In this document: piece after piece, positions 28,694 to 39,798 of the stretch | Position numbering within the stretch: the first letter of the stretch is position 1 | Layout: every line of letters starts with the position of its first letter | Sequence record: DRR723986_1329 | Reading direction: 5' to 3' (one strand) | Length of the DNA: 59,197 bases | Made by a program: the position numbers and the translations under genes | Notes under the pieces: generated by a model | Databases searched by the model: none | What the model saw: the letters and a program-made list of their open reading frames with translations, nothing else | What the model was told of the DNA's origin: nothing

Positions 28694-30652
28694 TTGATAC
28701 AAAGGCGGCTCCCCCTGGATACTTCTGAGCCAATAACTGACCCTTGGCGCATTCTCATCGTTGACGATGAACCGACTTTTAGGGCCTCGTTTGCTCTAGC
28801 GGTCCGCGACGTGGTGATTGACTCCCGCGGGGTTGAAGTTGTTCAAGCGGATTCGGCGGCGGCAGCGATCGAACTGCTCAAATCTGTTAGTGATGGCTAC
28901 TTTGCGCTGGCAGTTATCGATGTCGCAATGGAAGAAGCCCACTCGGGCCTGGAGGTCATTCGAACGCTGCGGGACGATCTCAATTTTTACAGCACACAAG
29001 TGGTTATCTGTACCGGCAATCCCGGCTTTGCTCCACCGCTGTCCATCGCCTCGGAGTTGGAGATCAACGACTACCGAGTCAAATCCCAGCTTCGCCGCAA
29101 TGACATTGTGTGCTTGGTCTACACAGGCATCCGCGCCTTCAAACTCCTCAAGCGTATCGAATCTCACTCGAAGCGGCTTCAGGATGCGGCAAATGCAATT
29201 GCCGCTGTTGCTGGATTGTCTGACCAGCGTCGAACGGCACAGGAATCGGCCGACCAACTGCTTTCAATCGCCAGTTTAGATTGCGTCGAAGTGCTGGTGC
29301 GCCGCCGCTCCCAAGCGCTCGTTGTACTTGCCAGCGCCCGTGCGCAAAACATCGACGACTTATCGCAACATCGCCTGCAGGAGATCAAGGCCGAGGTAGA
29401 GAAGTCGCCACGGAACTCTGAAGACCAATTCCACCGATGCATTTATCAGACTACCGCGGGCTTAGAGATTGTGCTCCTGGCAATTGGCAAACATATCGAT
29501 CCTCTACAGGGTGAGTTGATCACCGCTTTTGCACACAGCGCGTTTGCCGCCATTTGGGGAGCCTTCGTAGCCGAGCGTGCCCATTCGCACCAAAAGCTGG
29601 CTGCTATCGGACAATACGCTGGCGCGCTGGCACACGACATTAAAAATGCGCAGACGATTCTGAAAGCCAGCAGCGAACGACTGCAGAGAATGTCGGACCA
29701 AGGGGAATCACCAACCCGCGAAATGCTCATCCAACTTGTGCAACTGATTGAAGGTGCGTCGGAGAGAATCGACTCTGGCCTTCGCGGCGCGCTGTCCAGT
29801 CGCACGATTGCTGGCGACCAGACACCAACAGACGTTCGAGCCGTCGTAGACGAGGTTGTGGACGCGATGCAGGCAAAGTTGCAACGCATCGACGTAACTG
29901 TCTGCGATTCGCTAAATGGTCGAGTTGTCCGGTTCAACGAAGAGCAATTGTATCGAGTTGTTGAGAATCTACTTACGAATGCCACCCAAGCCCTCGCGAA
30001 GACTAAGAGCACTCGTCAACCAACGATCGTCATCCAAGCGTTCCAGGTCGACCCGGCCACACACACCGTTGAAGTGCGTGACAACGGTCCAGGCATTTCG
30101 CTTGAAGACCAAGAAAACGTTTTTGAGCCGTTCTTTTCAACAAACCATAGCAAGCACCGGGGCTTGGGGCTGGCAATCTGTGACGCGATCATTACGCAAG
30201 CGGGCGGCGAGATTCGAGTCGACTCGCAAGTCGATCAAGGCACGTCCTTTTCTGTGAAACTGCCCGCGGCCTGCAATCCGCCAGAAAAGTGCACCTGTAA
30301 GACCTCGCTGCTCATCGTTGACCCTGAAATTAGTCGCGGGTACGAATTGGCACGACAATTGGACCAATCACGTAGCACGCCGGTGAAGTCGGTTGACGAC
30401 GCAATTCGATTCGCTCAGCAGTGCCCAGAATTGTGCAAAATCTGGGTCCAGTATTCGATTGGTTCTCCAGAGATTCGTCGACTCGTAGAAACATGCCGCC
30501 AGGCTGCAGAGGGAGAGCTTCAAGTTTCACTACTATCAAGCTCACCTAATTCGCCCGCGGTCAAGAACATTGCAGCCGAGCTGAACTTGGTGATTGTCGC
30601 GCTTCCTTTCCACTGGCAAGCACCCCAAGCTGGAGCTGAGTTGCTACGATAA
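28694..30652 (+). CDS. Hybrid receiver-histidine kinase with degenerate C-terminal receiver
   Basis: WRILIVDDEP...LAVIDVAME receiver; ALAHDIKN H box; ENLLTNA, DNGPGI, FEPFFST and GLGL boxes; C-terminal SLLIVDPE. Confidence 0.85.
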   Translation: MIQRRLPLDTSEPITDPWRILIVDDEPTFRASFALAVRDVVIDSRGVEVVQADSAAAAIELLKSVSDGYFALAVIDVAMEEAHSGLEVIRTLRDDLNFYSTQVVICTGNPGFAPPLSIASELEINDYRVKSQLRRNDIVCLVYTGIRAFKLLKRIESHSKRLQDAANAIAAVAGLSDQRRTAQESADQLLSIASLDCVEVLVRRRSQALVVLASARAQNIDDLSQHRLQEIKAEVEKSPRNSEDQFHRCIYQTTAGLEIVLLAIGKHIDPLQGELITAFAHSAFAAIWGAFVAERAHSHQKLAAIGQYAGALAHDIKNAQTILKASSERLQRMSDQGESPTREMLIQLVQLIEGASERIDSGLRGALSSRTIAGDQTPTDVRAVVDEVVDAMQAKLQRIDVTVCDSLNGRVVRFNEEQLYRVVENLLTNATQALAKTKSTRQPTIVIQAFQVDPATHTVEVRDNGPGISLEDQENVFEPFFSTNHSKHRGLGLAICDAIITQAGGEIRVDSQVDQGTSFSVKLPAACNPPEKCTCKTSLLIVDPEISRGYELARQLDQSRSTPVKSVDDAIRFAQQCPELCKIWVQYSIGSPEIRRLVETCRQAAEGELQVSLLSSSPNSPAVKNIAAELNLVIVALPFHWQAPQAGAELLR

Positions 30653-30707
30653 TTGCATCGATTATTTTAGACCGGCAATCTTGGCTATCCTCTTCGAAAC
30701 CTATGCA

Positions 30708-33700
30708 GTGCTCAATTCGCTTTTTGATCTAAGCTGCCTTCTATCACAACAAGCCGCCGAGCAATGCATTGCATCGGCAACGGCGGAAGCGAAATCCTCT
30801 GAAAATGGTCTTGCGATTGCAGTCATCGAGGGCGAATCTGGCGTAGGGAAAAGCCACTTACTTGCCAACACGATATGTGAATTTGATCTGCGGTGCACTG
30901 GCAGATTTAGTGATCAGAACGACCTGCAAGCCGGTTTCTTAAACTGCATCGAGACACTAGCCATAGAACTGGCTGATGAGCTGAACGATTTCGACTGGGC
31001 CGCCGATGCTGATCTGCTCAAACGTTACTTCCCACAGTTCTTTTTGACCACCCAAATCCCGTCCCACGCGGCCACCACCAGAAGCTACACCGCCCTGGAA
31101 GCATCGCAACGTTTCCACTCGCTCCTGGCCCGAATGTGCGGTGCAATATTTCAGCGGCGCACGGCGCTCCTGGTTTTGGATGACTTGCAGTGGGCTGCAT
31201 CAAGCACCGTTGAACTCCTAAGCTCCTTGATTAACCGCCAAATTGCGTCGGACGACCGATGGGCGGGAACAGTCCTTGCATTTTCATGCCGAACGCCGCG
31301 TAGCAATTCGATAGAGCAATGGCTGATCAACACTAGTGGCTCGATTCCCGTCTTTCAAGCCAAACTGGAAAACCTGACGCCAGACGACCTGGAACGTGCC
31401 ACTAAGCCTGAGGTTCCGGCTCGGCTGCGTGAGACGCTGACGTCCAATCTAATTGAAGCTACGCAGGGCAATCTGCTACTGATTGATCGATACACCCGAT
31501 GGCTGTCGAATCAATTGCTAAATTTTTCAGACGCCAGTTCGTTGTCGGCAGCGGAAATTGATCGCTGGCGAAATCTCCAAGCTGATTTGGCGCAGACTCC
31601 GCTGGAAAGCATCCCAGAAGTGCTTGCCGCATGTTCCTGTTTCATCAACCGGTTCAAGGCTGATGACGTTAGCCACCTTGTTGGCTACACCGCGAAAAAG
31701 GAAATCCGCTTCGCCGTTGAGTCGGGGTGGCTAAGTGAGTTTGCAGGTGGGGAACTGGATTTCGCCCACGATCAACTTCGTGACGCGGCGAGAGCCCAAC
31801 TAAGCGATGCACAGCAGCATCAATTTGCACTCTCTATTGCGGAAATGCTGTTAGAGAAGAAGAAGCCGTTGGCAGCATTGCTATACGCTCGCAACGCACG
31901 CCTTCAAGCAGCCGATTCAGACCTAGAATCTTGGATAGCGACTTTTATCGCAGGCGCCGATTTCGCCAACACTCTTGGAGCGCCTCTAATTGCTCTCAAC
32001 TACTGCGATCGGGCAATCGAACTCTGTGAGCAAGCAGCTCAAACGTCCAACGCTTTACCGAGCGTCACGATGCACCGGGCCAATGCACTGGTTTTGCTTA
32101 GACAACACGAGCAACTTGCTCAACTTCTGCAGGAATTGCCTGACGACACTGCTGACTCCAATCTGGAGGCATGGGCGAGCATCCACTCGAATTGCCTCGT
32201 CTCGCTGCTCGGTCAGGGGAAACTGGAAGAATGCGTTGATTTAGCAGTCGCTGCGGCCTCGTACTTGGATGTTGAATTCCCAGTGCGAGGCAGTGTTCAT
32301 GAGTCACTTGATGTAATTGAAGCTGCGTCAAAGCAACTGGAACTCCCAGCCAGCGGGTCGCCACTAAGCCGCGAAGTTGCTCAATTGCTTTCACTGGCAA
32401 TTCCAGCTTTTCATCAGTGCCGCCCAGACCTGTATCCGTATGCGGCGGCGGCCATTGTCCGGATGTCCCTCGGAGCCACTCCGGCGGACACGCTGCCATT
32501 CGGCGTCGCGGTACTGGGCATTTCCTATGCACTGCTAGGTGATCGCGAAAAGGGCCATCGTTATGGGAAACGCGCCCTTGCCTTGGCTGACAACCTGCAG
32601 AGCCGGACGTCGGCGCGGACCAAGTTTGCCGTTGCGTTTCTGCTAGATCACATCGTTGAATCGCCGACGAGTCGCGCGATCAACCAACTGTCGGCGACAA
32701 CTGAAGAGGCAACGCGGATCGGCGACGTCGATCATGCTTGCTACGCACGACACCTGTCGGACGTGTATGGTTTCTTCAGTTCATCTAACTTGCACAAACT
32801 AAGCTCGCGTCTTGCCAGTGGCAGCAAGATGATCAACTATTTTGGTCAGACGCACATTCTGCGATGGCATCAGGTTTACCACCAGCTCGTTGAGAATTTA
32901 CGTTGTGCTGAATCGCCATCAATCTTACTGCACGGTGCTATTTTTTCAGAGCTATTGGCCGACCGAACAGCCCCCTATCTTCAATACAGAATACATCTCG
33001 CGAGACTGATTCTATCGGTGATCTACCAACGCCACGGCATCAGTATTGAAGAGTCTGCCGTTTTGCAGAACCTAGCGGAATCAGCGGGTTCGCAGTACGA
33101 GCTTGTTCCGTTCCGATTCTTTGCCGCGATTGCTCACTTTAGAGCTTGCCTGGAGGTGGGGCAGGCGAAGAAAGCAGAGCTGTTGCAGAAGGGGAGTTTC
33201 CACTTTGATGAGTTCTGCGGGCTGACTCAGTATCGTGCGCCGCCGGCAGAGTTGAAGATGCAGATTTTGCGAGGCGCACGACTGGCTGCATCCGGACAAA
33301 CGGAGCAAGCCATCGCGCTTCTTGAAGAAGCCATTTCACGTGCTAGGCCGGTCAACCGCCTGCTGGAAGGGGCGGTGGCAGCGGAATTCATGGCAAGCTT
33401 GGCCGGTGGAGAACAGAAATCTTGGGCTCTCGCCCAAGCGATCGACATCTACAGAATTTGGGGCGCGGACACTAAAGTTCAATCTCTGGAGCAAAACCGT
33501 GAATCACAACAATCCTACTCCAACGACAATGAACTGTTAAGCAGATTAGTGTCGGCGTCGACCGTGCAATCACTTGTCCTGGAGCTACAGCAATGGGTCA
33601 AGTCTCTCGTCGCTGCAGACGAGGTGTCCATTCGATTCGAAGGAACTTGGCGAGAACTGGGAAGCCCCGACCTAGGCAGCATACCGCTATCCGTCCGACG

Positions 33701-34778
33701 TGAGGCGGCCAGATTCGATGACGTCTTCGACGCCTGCGACATAACGCAAATTGGCCCTTTTCACGGCGATACACAGCTAGTTGCTTCTGGAACCAAAGCG
33801 TTCATTTCGATACCACTACGTCAATCCACTCAACTTGTTGGGATCGTCTACGCGGCGTGGCGGCGACCCCGTGAGCCATTCGACTTAGCCCTAAGGACTC
33901 GCCTAGAACAAGTCTGCAAACTCGTTGTCAAGCTTATCGACGGCAAACTATTGCACTTGGCGATGGAACAGCGGGTCCAGGAAAACTCGGTCGCTCTGCT
34001 GCAGAGCCAAGAAAGCCTTCGCGACGCCAAGAGCGAAGTACGCCGCCTGGAACAAGCGTCTTGGACGAGCTTCGTTGTTGGCGGGCTATCGCACGAACTA
34101 AGCTCTCCGCTGGCAACCGCTCGCGTGACGGCTGGCACCATGGAAGAAGCCCTGGAAAACGACTCCAGCGACATCAATAGCAGAATGGAGGTCTTTCGAG
34201 AGGCAATGCCACTGCTTTGGCAGAGCCTGGAGACGATGGCTGAACGCATCAATAACGCCAACACAAAGGTTTCCGACGGAGTCTATCTTGATCGCGCCAC
34301 GTTTAGCCTGCGGACGATGGTGGAGTCTCTCGTAAACACATTGAGCCTCGGACGTACGACACGAAGTCATTGCAAGACTACGATTTATATCCCAGAAGAC
34401 ATCGTCATCGACGGCTACGTTTCGCTGACGAAACAAGTCCTGGAGAACGTCATCCGCAACGCCATTGAACACGGAGCTGCGTCGGCCCAGCAAGGCGGCG
34501 CTGTGGAGGTGCGGGCTGAGCGGAAGGCAACCTGGGTCCAAATCACCGTATCAGACAACGGAAATTCCGGCGTAGAGCTAAGCAAGCTGTTCGAACCATT
34601 CAACCGTCAAAAGGCCTCGAATGACGGAATTGGTCTAGGTCTGAACATTGCACAATCGATTGCGAGCGGCCCACTTGGCGGAACCATACGAGCCGAACGA
34701 CACGCCAGCACTGGCACGAGCATTATCGTCGAGATTCCTGTTTCCGCCCCCAGCCTTCCCGCCGGCGGCGTGCAATAG
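30708..34778 (+). CDS. STAND/AAA ATPase - helical repeats - GAF - histidine kinase fusion
   Basis: GESGVGKS Walker A, LLVLDDLQWA Walker B, FAHDQLRDAA; GAF-like FISIPL..QLVGIVY; GLSHELSSP H box, ENVIRNA, DNG, GIGLGL. Start uncertain (TTG 30594 or GTG 30708). Confidence 0.8.
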   Translation: MLNSLFDLSCLLSQQAAEQCIASATAEAKSSENGLAIAVIEGESGVGKSHLLANTICEFDLRCTGRFSDQNDLQAGFLNCIETLAIELADELNDFDWAADADLLKRYFPQFFLTTQIPSHAATTRSYTALEASQRFHSLLARMCGAIFQRRTALLVLDDLQWAASSTVELLSSLINRQIASDDRWAGTVLAFSCRTPRSNSIEQWLINTSGSIPVFQAKLENLTPDDLERATKPEVPARLRETLTSNLIEATQGNLLLIDRYTRWLSNQLLNFSDASSLSAAEIDRWRNLQADLAQTPLESIPEVLAACSCFINRFKADDVSHLVGYTAKKEIRFAVESGWLSEFAGGELDFAHDQLRDAARAQLSDAQQHQFALSIAEMLLEKKKPLAALLYARNARLQAADSDLESWIATFIAGADFANTLGAPLIALNYCDRAIELCEQAAQTSNALPSVTMHRANALVLLRQHEQLAQLLQELPDDTADSNLEAWASIHSNCLVSLLGQGKLEECVDLAVAAASYLDVEFPVRGSVHESLDVIEAASKQLELPASGSPLSREVAQLLSLAIPAFHQCRPDLYPYAAAAIVRMSLGATPADTLPFGVAVLGISYALLGDREKGHRYGKRALALADNLQSRTSARTKFAVAFLLDHIVESPTSRAINQLSATTEEATRIGDVDHACYARHLSDVYGFFSSSNLHKLSSRLASGSKMINYFGQTHILRWHQVYHQLVENLRCAESPSILLHGAIFSELLADRTAPYLQYRIHLARLILSVIYQRHGISIEESAVLQNLAESAGSQYELVPFRFFAAIAHFRACLEVGQAKKAELLQKGSFHFDEFCGLTQYRAPPAELKMQILRGARLAASGQTEQAIALLEEAISRARPVNRLLEGAVAAEFMASLAGGEQKSWALAQAIDIYRIWGADTKVQSLEQNRESQQSYSNDNELLSRLVSASTVQSLVLELQQWVKSLVAADEVSIRFEGTWRELGSPDLGSIPLSVRREAARFDDVFDACDITQIGPFHGDTQLVASGTKAFISIPLRQSTQLVGIVYAAWRRPREPFDLALRTRLEQVCKLVVKLIDGKLLHLAMEQRVQENSVALLQSQESLRDAKSEVRRLEQASWTSFVVGGLSHELSSPLATARVTAGTMEEALENDSSDINSRMEVFREAMPLLWQSLETMAERINNANTKVSDGVYLDRATFSLRTMVESLVNTLSLGRTTRSHCKTTIYIPEDIVIDGYVSLTKQVLENVIRNAIEHGAASAQQGGAVEVRAERKATWVQITVSDNGNSGVELSKLFEPFNRQKASNDGIGLGLNIAQSIASGPLGGTIRAERHASTGTSIIVEIPVSAPSLPAGGVQ

Positions 34779-34908
34779 AACGCCTCAATCGGCTGCAAAC
34801 GAAGACGCCGCCTGTTAAACTCTGTAGGCGGCGAATGAATCGCCCGCGCGCATTCGGCATCGGCGCGTCGCCCCACAAGTCTTGCGCTGCACTGTATAGA
34901 TATCCATT

Positions 34909-37900
34909 ATGATTCGCACCTGGATAGCCTTTTCAATATGCCTGTTTGGCGCAAGTCACCTGGCGGAATCTATTCTCGCGCAGGATCAGGGACAGGCGGG
35001 CAATGCCGAAGTGCAACGAGTCTTCGAGACGTTTCAACCACGAGGCGTGATGGCAGACGCTTCCTCTCCGACGCCTCCGAACCAAGCACTTGCTTCGTTC
35101 ACGCTGCGCAGCGGGGTTGAAATTGAACTGGTCGCGTCCGAACCCGACATCTCTCAACCCCTTTTCCTGAGCTGGGATTCGAAGGGAAGGCTGTGGGTTG
35201 TCGAGTACCGTCAATACCAGTTTCCCGCAGGCCTGAAAATCGTTGAGTACGACCATCACCTACGAGCTGTATTCGACAAAACACCCGAAGCGCCGCCGAA
35301 CCATGTTCGCGGGAAAGACCGCATCACTGTTTTCGAGGATACCAACGGCGATGGTGTTTACGATTCTAACCGCGTTGTAATTGACGGCCTCAACATTGCA
35401 ACTTCGGTCTGCATCGGTGATGGTGGCATATGGGTACTAAATCCTCCCTATCTCCTTCGGTACCCGGATGCAGATGGTGATGCAAGAGTTGACGGCCCAC
35501 CAGAAGTCAAACTCTCTGGTTTTGGCTTGCAAGATACACATGCTGTTGCAAACAGCCTTATGTTTGGTCCCGATGGCTGGATCTACGGTGCAAACGGTAG
35601 CACCACTACTGGCAATGTTTTCTCGCGAGTCACTGAGGCCATCCGGTTTGAAGGGCAATGCATCTGGCGGTTTCACCCCAAGACAGAAGTGTTCGAAATC
35701 TATGCAGAGGGCGGTGGGAATACTTTCTCACTGGACATTGACTCCGCGGGTCGTGTTTTCTCCGGAACTAATGGCGGCAACACTCGTGGGTGGTACTACG
35801 CACAGGGAAGCTACTCCCGCAAGAACTGGGGCAAGCATGGCCCACTAACAAACCCTCACGCCTACGGCTTTTTCGAAGCGATGCGGTTCGAAGGAGATGG
35901 GCGTCGATTTCCGCAAGCATTCGCAATCTACGAAGGCGGCCTCTTCAATGCCAAGCAGTACGACCGCACAATCGTCGCCCCCAATGCGATGCAAAACCTT
36001 GTTTGGCACAGTCAGATCATACAAGATGGTTCAACGTTTCGCACGGTAGACAACGACAACTTGGCAGAGTCCAATGACCGATGGTTTCGACCTGTTTATT
36101 GTGGCGTTGGGCCTGATGGGGCCGTCTATATCGCAGACTGGTACGACACCCGGCTCTCTCACGTCAGTCCAACAGATGACTGGCACAAGTCCAGTGGCAG
36201 GGTGTACCGGCTTCGCCCATCGGACTCGCCCGCAGTTTACAGCCAAGGGGATTTGTCGACCGCGCCAGAGGCCAAGCTGCTGCAACTGATCTCCGATTCG
36301 ACAAACAAATGGATCCGCCAGCGCGCCGGCCTAGAGCTTGGTTGGCGAGATGCACTGTCCGCAAGAACAACGGAGCGTCTACAAGAACTAGCTGACGCAG
36401 AGTCGCGTCTTGAAGCAATCTGGGCATTGAGTATTCGCGGCGCGCTTTCGAACGAGTTTGCAACTCTTCTGCTGGAAAACAAGTCCGCTGATGTCCGCAG
36501 ATGCACTGTGCGTCTGCTGGGAGATCAGCGTATTGCACTGGAGAGCATGGTCAGTCTTGCCACAAGGGAGACGAACTTAGAGGTCCGCAGTCAGTTAGCC
36601 GCCACAGCCAAGCGGCTTCCAGCCAGCTCCGGCCTTCAGATCGTGAGCGGTCTTCTCAGCTCTGCCGATGACTCACCCGACCTGCACATCCCGCTGCTTT
36701 GTTGGTGGGCCGTGGAAGCACACGCCGATGACCATGATGCGATTGCGAACCTTGTAAGCGATTCTACGGTCACCGCAGCTCCGATCTTTGAACAAACAAT
36801 TGCCTCGCGATTGGCGCGCCGTTACGCTTCGGCGCAGACCGCACAGGGATTTGCCATGTGCGAACGTCTTCTCGCACTGACGAACGATGCAAACATTCGG
36901 CAACAGCACTTAGCCGGGATGTACGAAGCAATTGACGGCAGACCAGACTTAGTCGATTTGCCAGCCGAGCTAAGTCAACAGATCGCTGCCTACCAAGATT
37001 CACTGCCAGGAGCCTCGATCGCGAAGAGTATCCTTCGTGGTGAGCCGGACACGCTGAAGGAAGGCCTCCGAATCCTCAATGATCGCAAGGAGAGCACAGC
37101 ACTTCGAATGGAAGTCGCACTAGCACTTGGGCAAGTTGGTGCAGCGTCAGCCGAACAACCATTGCTGAAACTCGCCACCAACGGCTCTTCTCCGCCTGCG
37201 CTACAGCGAACTTGCATCGAAGCACTGTCGGGGTTCTCGTCGGACGATATCGCCCACCGGCTTGTTGCGGCCATGGATTCACAAGTTGCGGAGCAATATG
37301 GTGTTCGTGATGCCGCATTGCGTGTTTTGGCATCGCGAGAGACATGGGCCACAATCCTGCTTGAACAAGTCAAATCGTGGCGAATCAAGGCGGCGAGCAT
37401 CCCAGCCGATGTCGTCGTCCGTCTGCGCAGTTTTCCTGAACCGAGGACATCGGAATTGGTTGAGAGTATTTTCGGAAAGACGCCAACGGTCTCGACCGAA
37501 AAACACGCAATGCAGATCAACCAACTCAAGGGCGTACTTCAGTCTCAGTCGACAACTCCAGATAAATTAAATGGCAAACGTGTCTTTGCAACGAACTGCG
37601 GCACTTGCCACCAACTGTTTGGCGAAGGGCATGCGATCGGTCCCGCTTTGGATAACTACGATCGGGGGAACCTGGATTTCTGGCTGCCAGCCATCGTTGC
37701 CCCCAGTCTAGAGATTCGGGAGGGCTACCAGTCCTACGCCGCGTTGCTTGAGTCGGGAAGAGTTGTCTCCGGTATGATCGCCGCCCAAACACTCGACAAC
37801 GTTACCATTCGCATGACTGCAACCGATGGTAGCCAATTGAAAGAGGTCAAGCTAAACCGAAGTGAAATCGATGACCTGCGAGCAATCCCATCATCATTGA

Positions 37901-37992
37901 TGCCAGAAAACATCCTTGATCAACTCTCCGAATCTGAGACTCGCGACCTATTTGCTTACATAATGTCGAAGCTTGGTCCAAAACGAGACTAA
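34909..37992 (+). CDS. PVC-type membrane-bound dehydrogenase-domain protein with HEAT repeats and c-type heme
   Basis: Signal peptide, beta-propeller (ELVASEPDISQP, GPDGWIYG, GPDGAVYIADW), HEAT-like repeats, CGTCH followed by IGPAL. Confidence 0.88.
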   Translation: MIRTWIAFSICLFGASHLAESILAQDQGQAGNAEVQRVFETFQPRGVMADASSPTPPNQALASFTLRSGVEIELVASEPDISQPLFLSWDSKGRLWVVEYRQYQFPAGLKIVEYDHHLRAVFDKTPEAPPNHVRGKDRITVFEDTNGDGVYDSNRVVIDGLNIATSVCIGDGGIWVLNPPYLLRYPDADGDARVDGPPEVKLSGFGLQDTHAVANSLMFGPDGWIYGANGSTTTGNVFSRVTEAIRFEGQCIWRFHPKTEVFEIYAEGGGNTFSLDIDSAGRVFSGTNGGNTRGWYYAQGSYSRKNWGKHGPLTNPHAYGFFEAMRFEGDGRRFPQAFAIYEGGLFNAKQYDRTIVAPNAMQNLVWHSQIIQDGSTFRTVDNDNLAESNDRWFRPVYCGVGPDGAVYIADWYDTRLSHVSPTDDWHKSSGRVYRLRPSDSPAVYSQGDLSTAPEAKLLQLISDSTNKWIRQRAGLELGWRDALSARTTERLQELADAESRLEAIWALSIRGALSNEFATLLLENKSADVRRCTVRLLGDQRIALESMVSLATRETNLEVRSQLAATAKRLPASSGLQIVSGLLSSADDSPDLHIPLLCWWAVEAHADDHDAIANLVSDSTVTAAPIFEQTIASRLARRYASAQTAQGFAMCERLLALTNDANIRQQHLAGMYEAIDGRPDLVDLPAELSQQIAAYQDSLPGASIAKSILRGEPDTLKEGLRILNDRKESTALRMEVALALGQVGAASAEQPLLKLATNGSSPPALQRTCIEALSGFSSDDIAHRLVAAMDSQVAEQYGVRDAALRVLASRETWATILLEQVKSWRIKAASIPADVVVRLRSFPEPRTSELVESIFGKTPTVSTEKHAMQINQLKGVLQSQSTTPDKLNGKRVFATNCGTCHQLFGEGHAIGPALDNYDRGNLDFWLPAIVAPSLEIREGYQSYAALLESGRVVSGMIAAQTLDNVTIRMTATDGSQLKEVKLNRSEIDDLRAIPSSLMPENILDQLSESETRDLFAYIMSKLGPKRD

Positions 37993-38007
37993 AATGAAGG
38001 CCTTACG

Positions 38008-39627
38008 ATGAAGACACCAATCGCTGGCGAACCAATTTGCCATAAATCAGAACGGGTCAAAGCGGTAGGCGCTTGGCTATTCCGAAGCGGCATTGCCCTT
38101 TCACTTATGGCCTGCGTATTTGCTACACCACTGCGATGCCGCGGTGAGGAAGCAAAGAAAGTATCAGGCAAACTTAAGAACGTCGTCATCTTGTACGCCG
38201 ACGACCTTGGCTTTGGTGATGTTGGCTTCAACAATTCACAATCCAAAATACCAACGCCAAACTTCGACGCACTCGCTGCATCCGGTATGCGATTCTCCGA
38301 TGGCCACTCGTCGTCGGGCATATGTACACCAAGTCGCTACGCCTTGCTAACAGGCCGATACCATTGGCGCGACTTCCATTCAATCGTTGGTCCGATGGGT
38401 GCGTCGGTATTCAAACCTGGGCAACTGACCATGCCCGAGATGCTACGCCAAAGGGGCTACACAACGGCTTGTATCGGCAAATGGCATCTTGGATGGGACT
38501 GGGCAGCTATCCGAAACGATGGTGCGAAACCGAAGAAGGCAGGTCGAAATCCCGAATGGCTTTCACACCAGTTCGACTGGACCAAACCAGTCCCAGATGG
38601 TCCGCTCAGCCATGGTTTCGATACTTATTTTGGCGACACGGTCATCAATTTCCCGCCCTATGCTTGGATCAAGAACGACCGATTGGTCACTGCGCCGGAT
38701 ACGCAGATGGACACGAGCACTTGGCCGAAGATCAAAGAAGGAAACTGGGAATGTCGGCCCGGCCCCATGGTTTCTGGCTGGAACCCGTATGAGAATTTGC
38801 CAACTCTCGGTGACCAGGCGGTTCAGTACATCGCAGAACAAAGTGATGCCCAGAACCCGTTCTTTCTATATTTTGCATTTCCTTCTCCGCACGCACCGAT
38901 CATTCCAAACGACGAATTCGACGGGAAGAGCAGGGCAGGGGCTTACGGCGACTTCGTTTTTGAGACAGACCACGTTGCAGGTAGAATTTTGCAGGCGATT
39001 GAAAAAGCGGGATTGTCAGACGACACGATTGTGATTTTCACTGCTGACAATGGTCCGGAAAAATACGCCTACAGCAGATACATCAACCACCAGCACTGGT
39101 CCGCAGAGCCCTTTCGTGGCCTAAAGCGAGACGTGTACGAAGGAGGACATCACGTTCCGATGGTGATCCGCTGGCCGGGTCTAACCGAAGCCGGATCCTC
39201 GAACGAGCAGATTGTTTCGCAAGTTGATATTATGGCCACGCTGGCCGAACACACAGGTTTTTCACTGCCAAAGGATGCAGCGGCCGATTCACATAGCTTG
39301 ATGAAAACGATCAAAAACCCTAAAGCACCGGTGCGAACGCATGTCATCCACAACACGTTTGCCGATCGTTGGGGCATTCGCGAAGGAGAGTGGCTCTTGA
39401 TCTCGGGGAAGGATGGCTACCACTCGCGCCCGAACAAGGAAGTCGAACGACAACGCGGGTACCAAGAAAAACTCAAAGACTCCAAGAGGTTTGAGCTATT
39501 CAACTTGGCCAAGGACATTGGTCAACGAAACGACGTCGCTGAAGACTTCCCGCAAGTTGTCGCTCGACTTACAGAATCCCTTGCACGGGCCCGCAAAACG
39601 CCAACCGCGCCGCGGCTAAACCAATAA
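38008..39627 (+). CDS. Arylsulfatase (formylglycine-dependent, S1)
   Basis: [26 protein letters not shown]. True start may be downstream. Confidence 0.92.
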   Translation: MKTPIAGEPICHKSERVKAVGAWLFRSGIALSLMACVFATPLRCRGEEAKKVSGKLKNVVILYADDLGFGDVGFNNSQSKIPTPNFDALAASGMRFSDGHSSSGICTPSRYALLTGRYHWRDFHSIVGPMGASVFKPGQLTMPEMLRQRGYTTACIGKWHLGWDWAAIRNDGAKPKKAGRNPEWLSHQFDWTKPVPDGPLSHGFDTYFGDTVINFPPYAWIKNDRLVTAPDTQMDTSTWPKIKEGNWECRPGPMVSGWNPYENLPTLGDQAVQYIAEQSDAQNPFFLYFAFPSPHAPIIPNDEFDGKSRAGAYGDFVFETDHVAGRILQAIEKAGLSDDTIVIFTADNGPEKYAYSRYINHQHWSAEPFRGLKRDVYEGGHHVPMVIRWPGLTEAGSSNEQIVSQVDIMATLAEHTGFSLPKDAAADSHSLMKTIKNPKAPVRTHVIHNTFADRWGIREGEWLLISGKDGYHSRPNKEVERQRGYQEKLKDSKRFELFNLAKDIGQRNDVAEDFPQVVARLTESLARARKTPTAPRLNQ

Positions 39628-39798
39628 ACAGTGGATGTGGCTGCTGGTCGCAATGTGATCGAACGGCATGAATACTTGTTCGGGGAATACTTGCTCCACG
39701 AAGCCACCAAAACTATGCTCTTCGTTATCGCGTCTCGAGGCACAAATCAGCTTTGACTTAGACACGCTTTCCCACCAACGCAATCTAGGCGGCCAACA

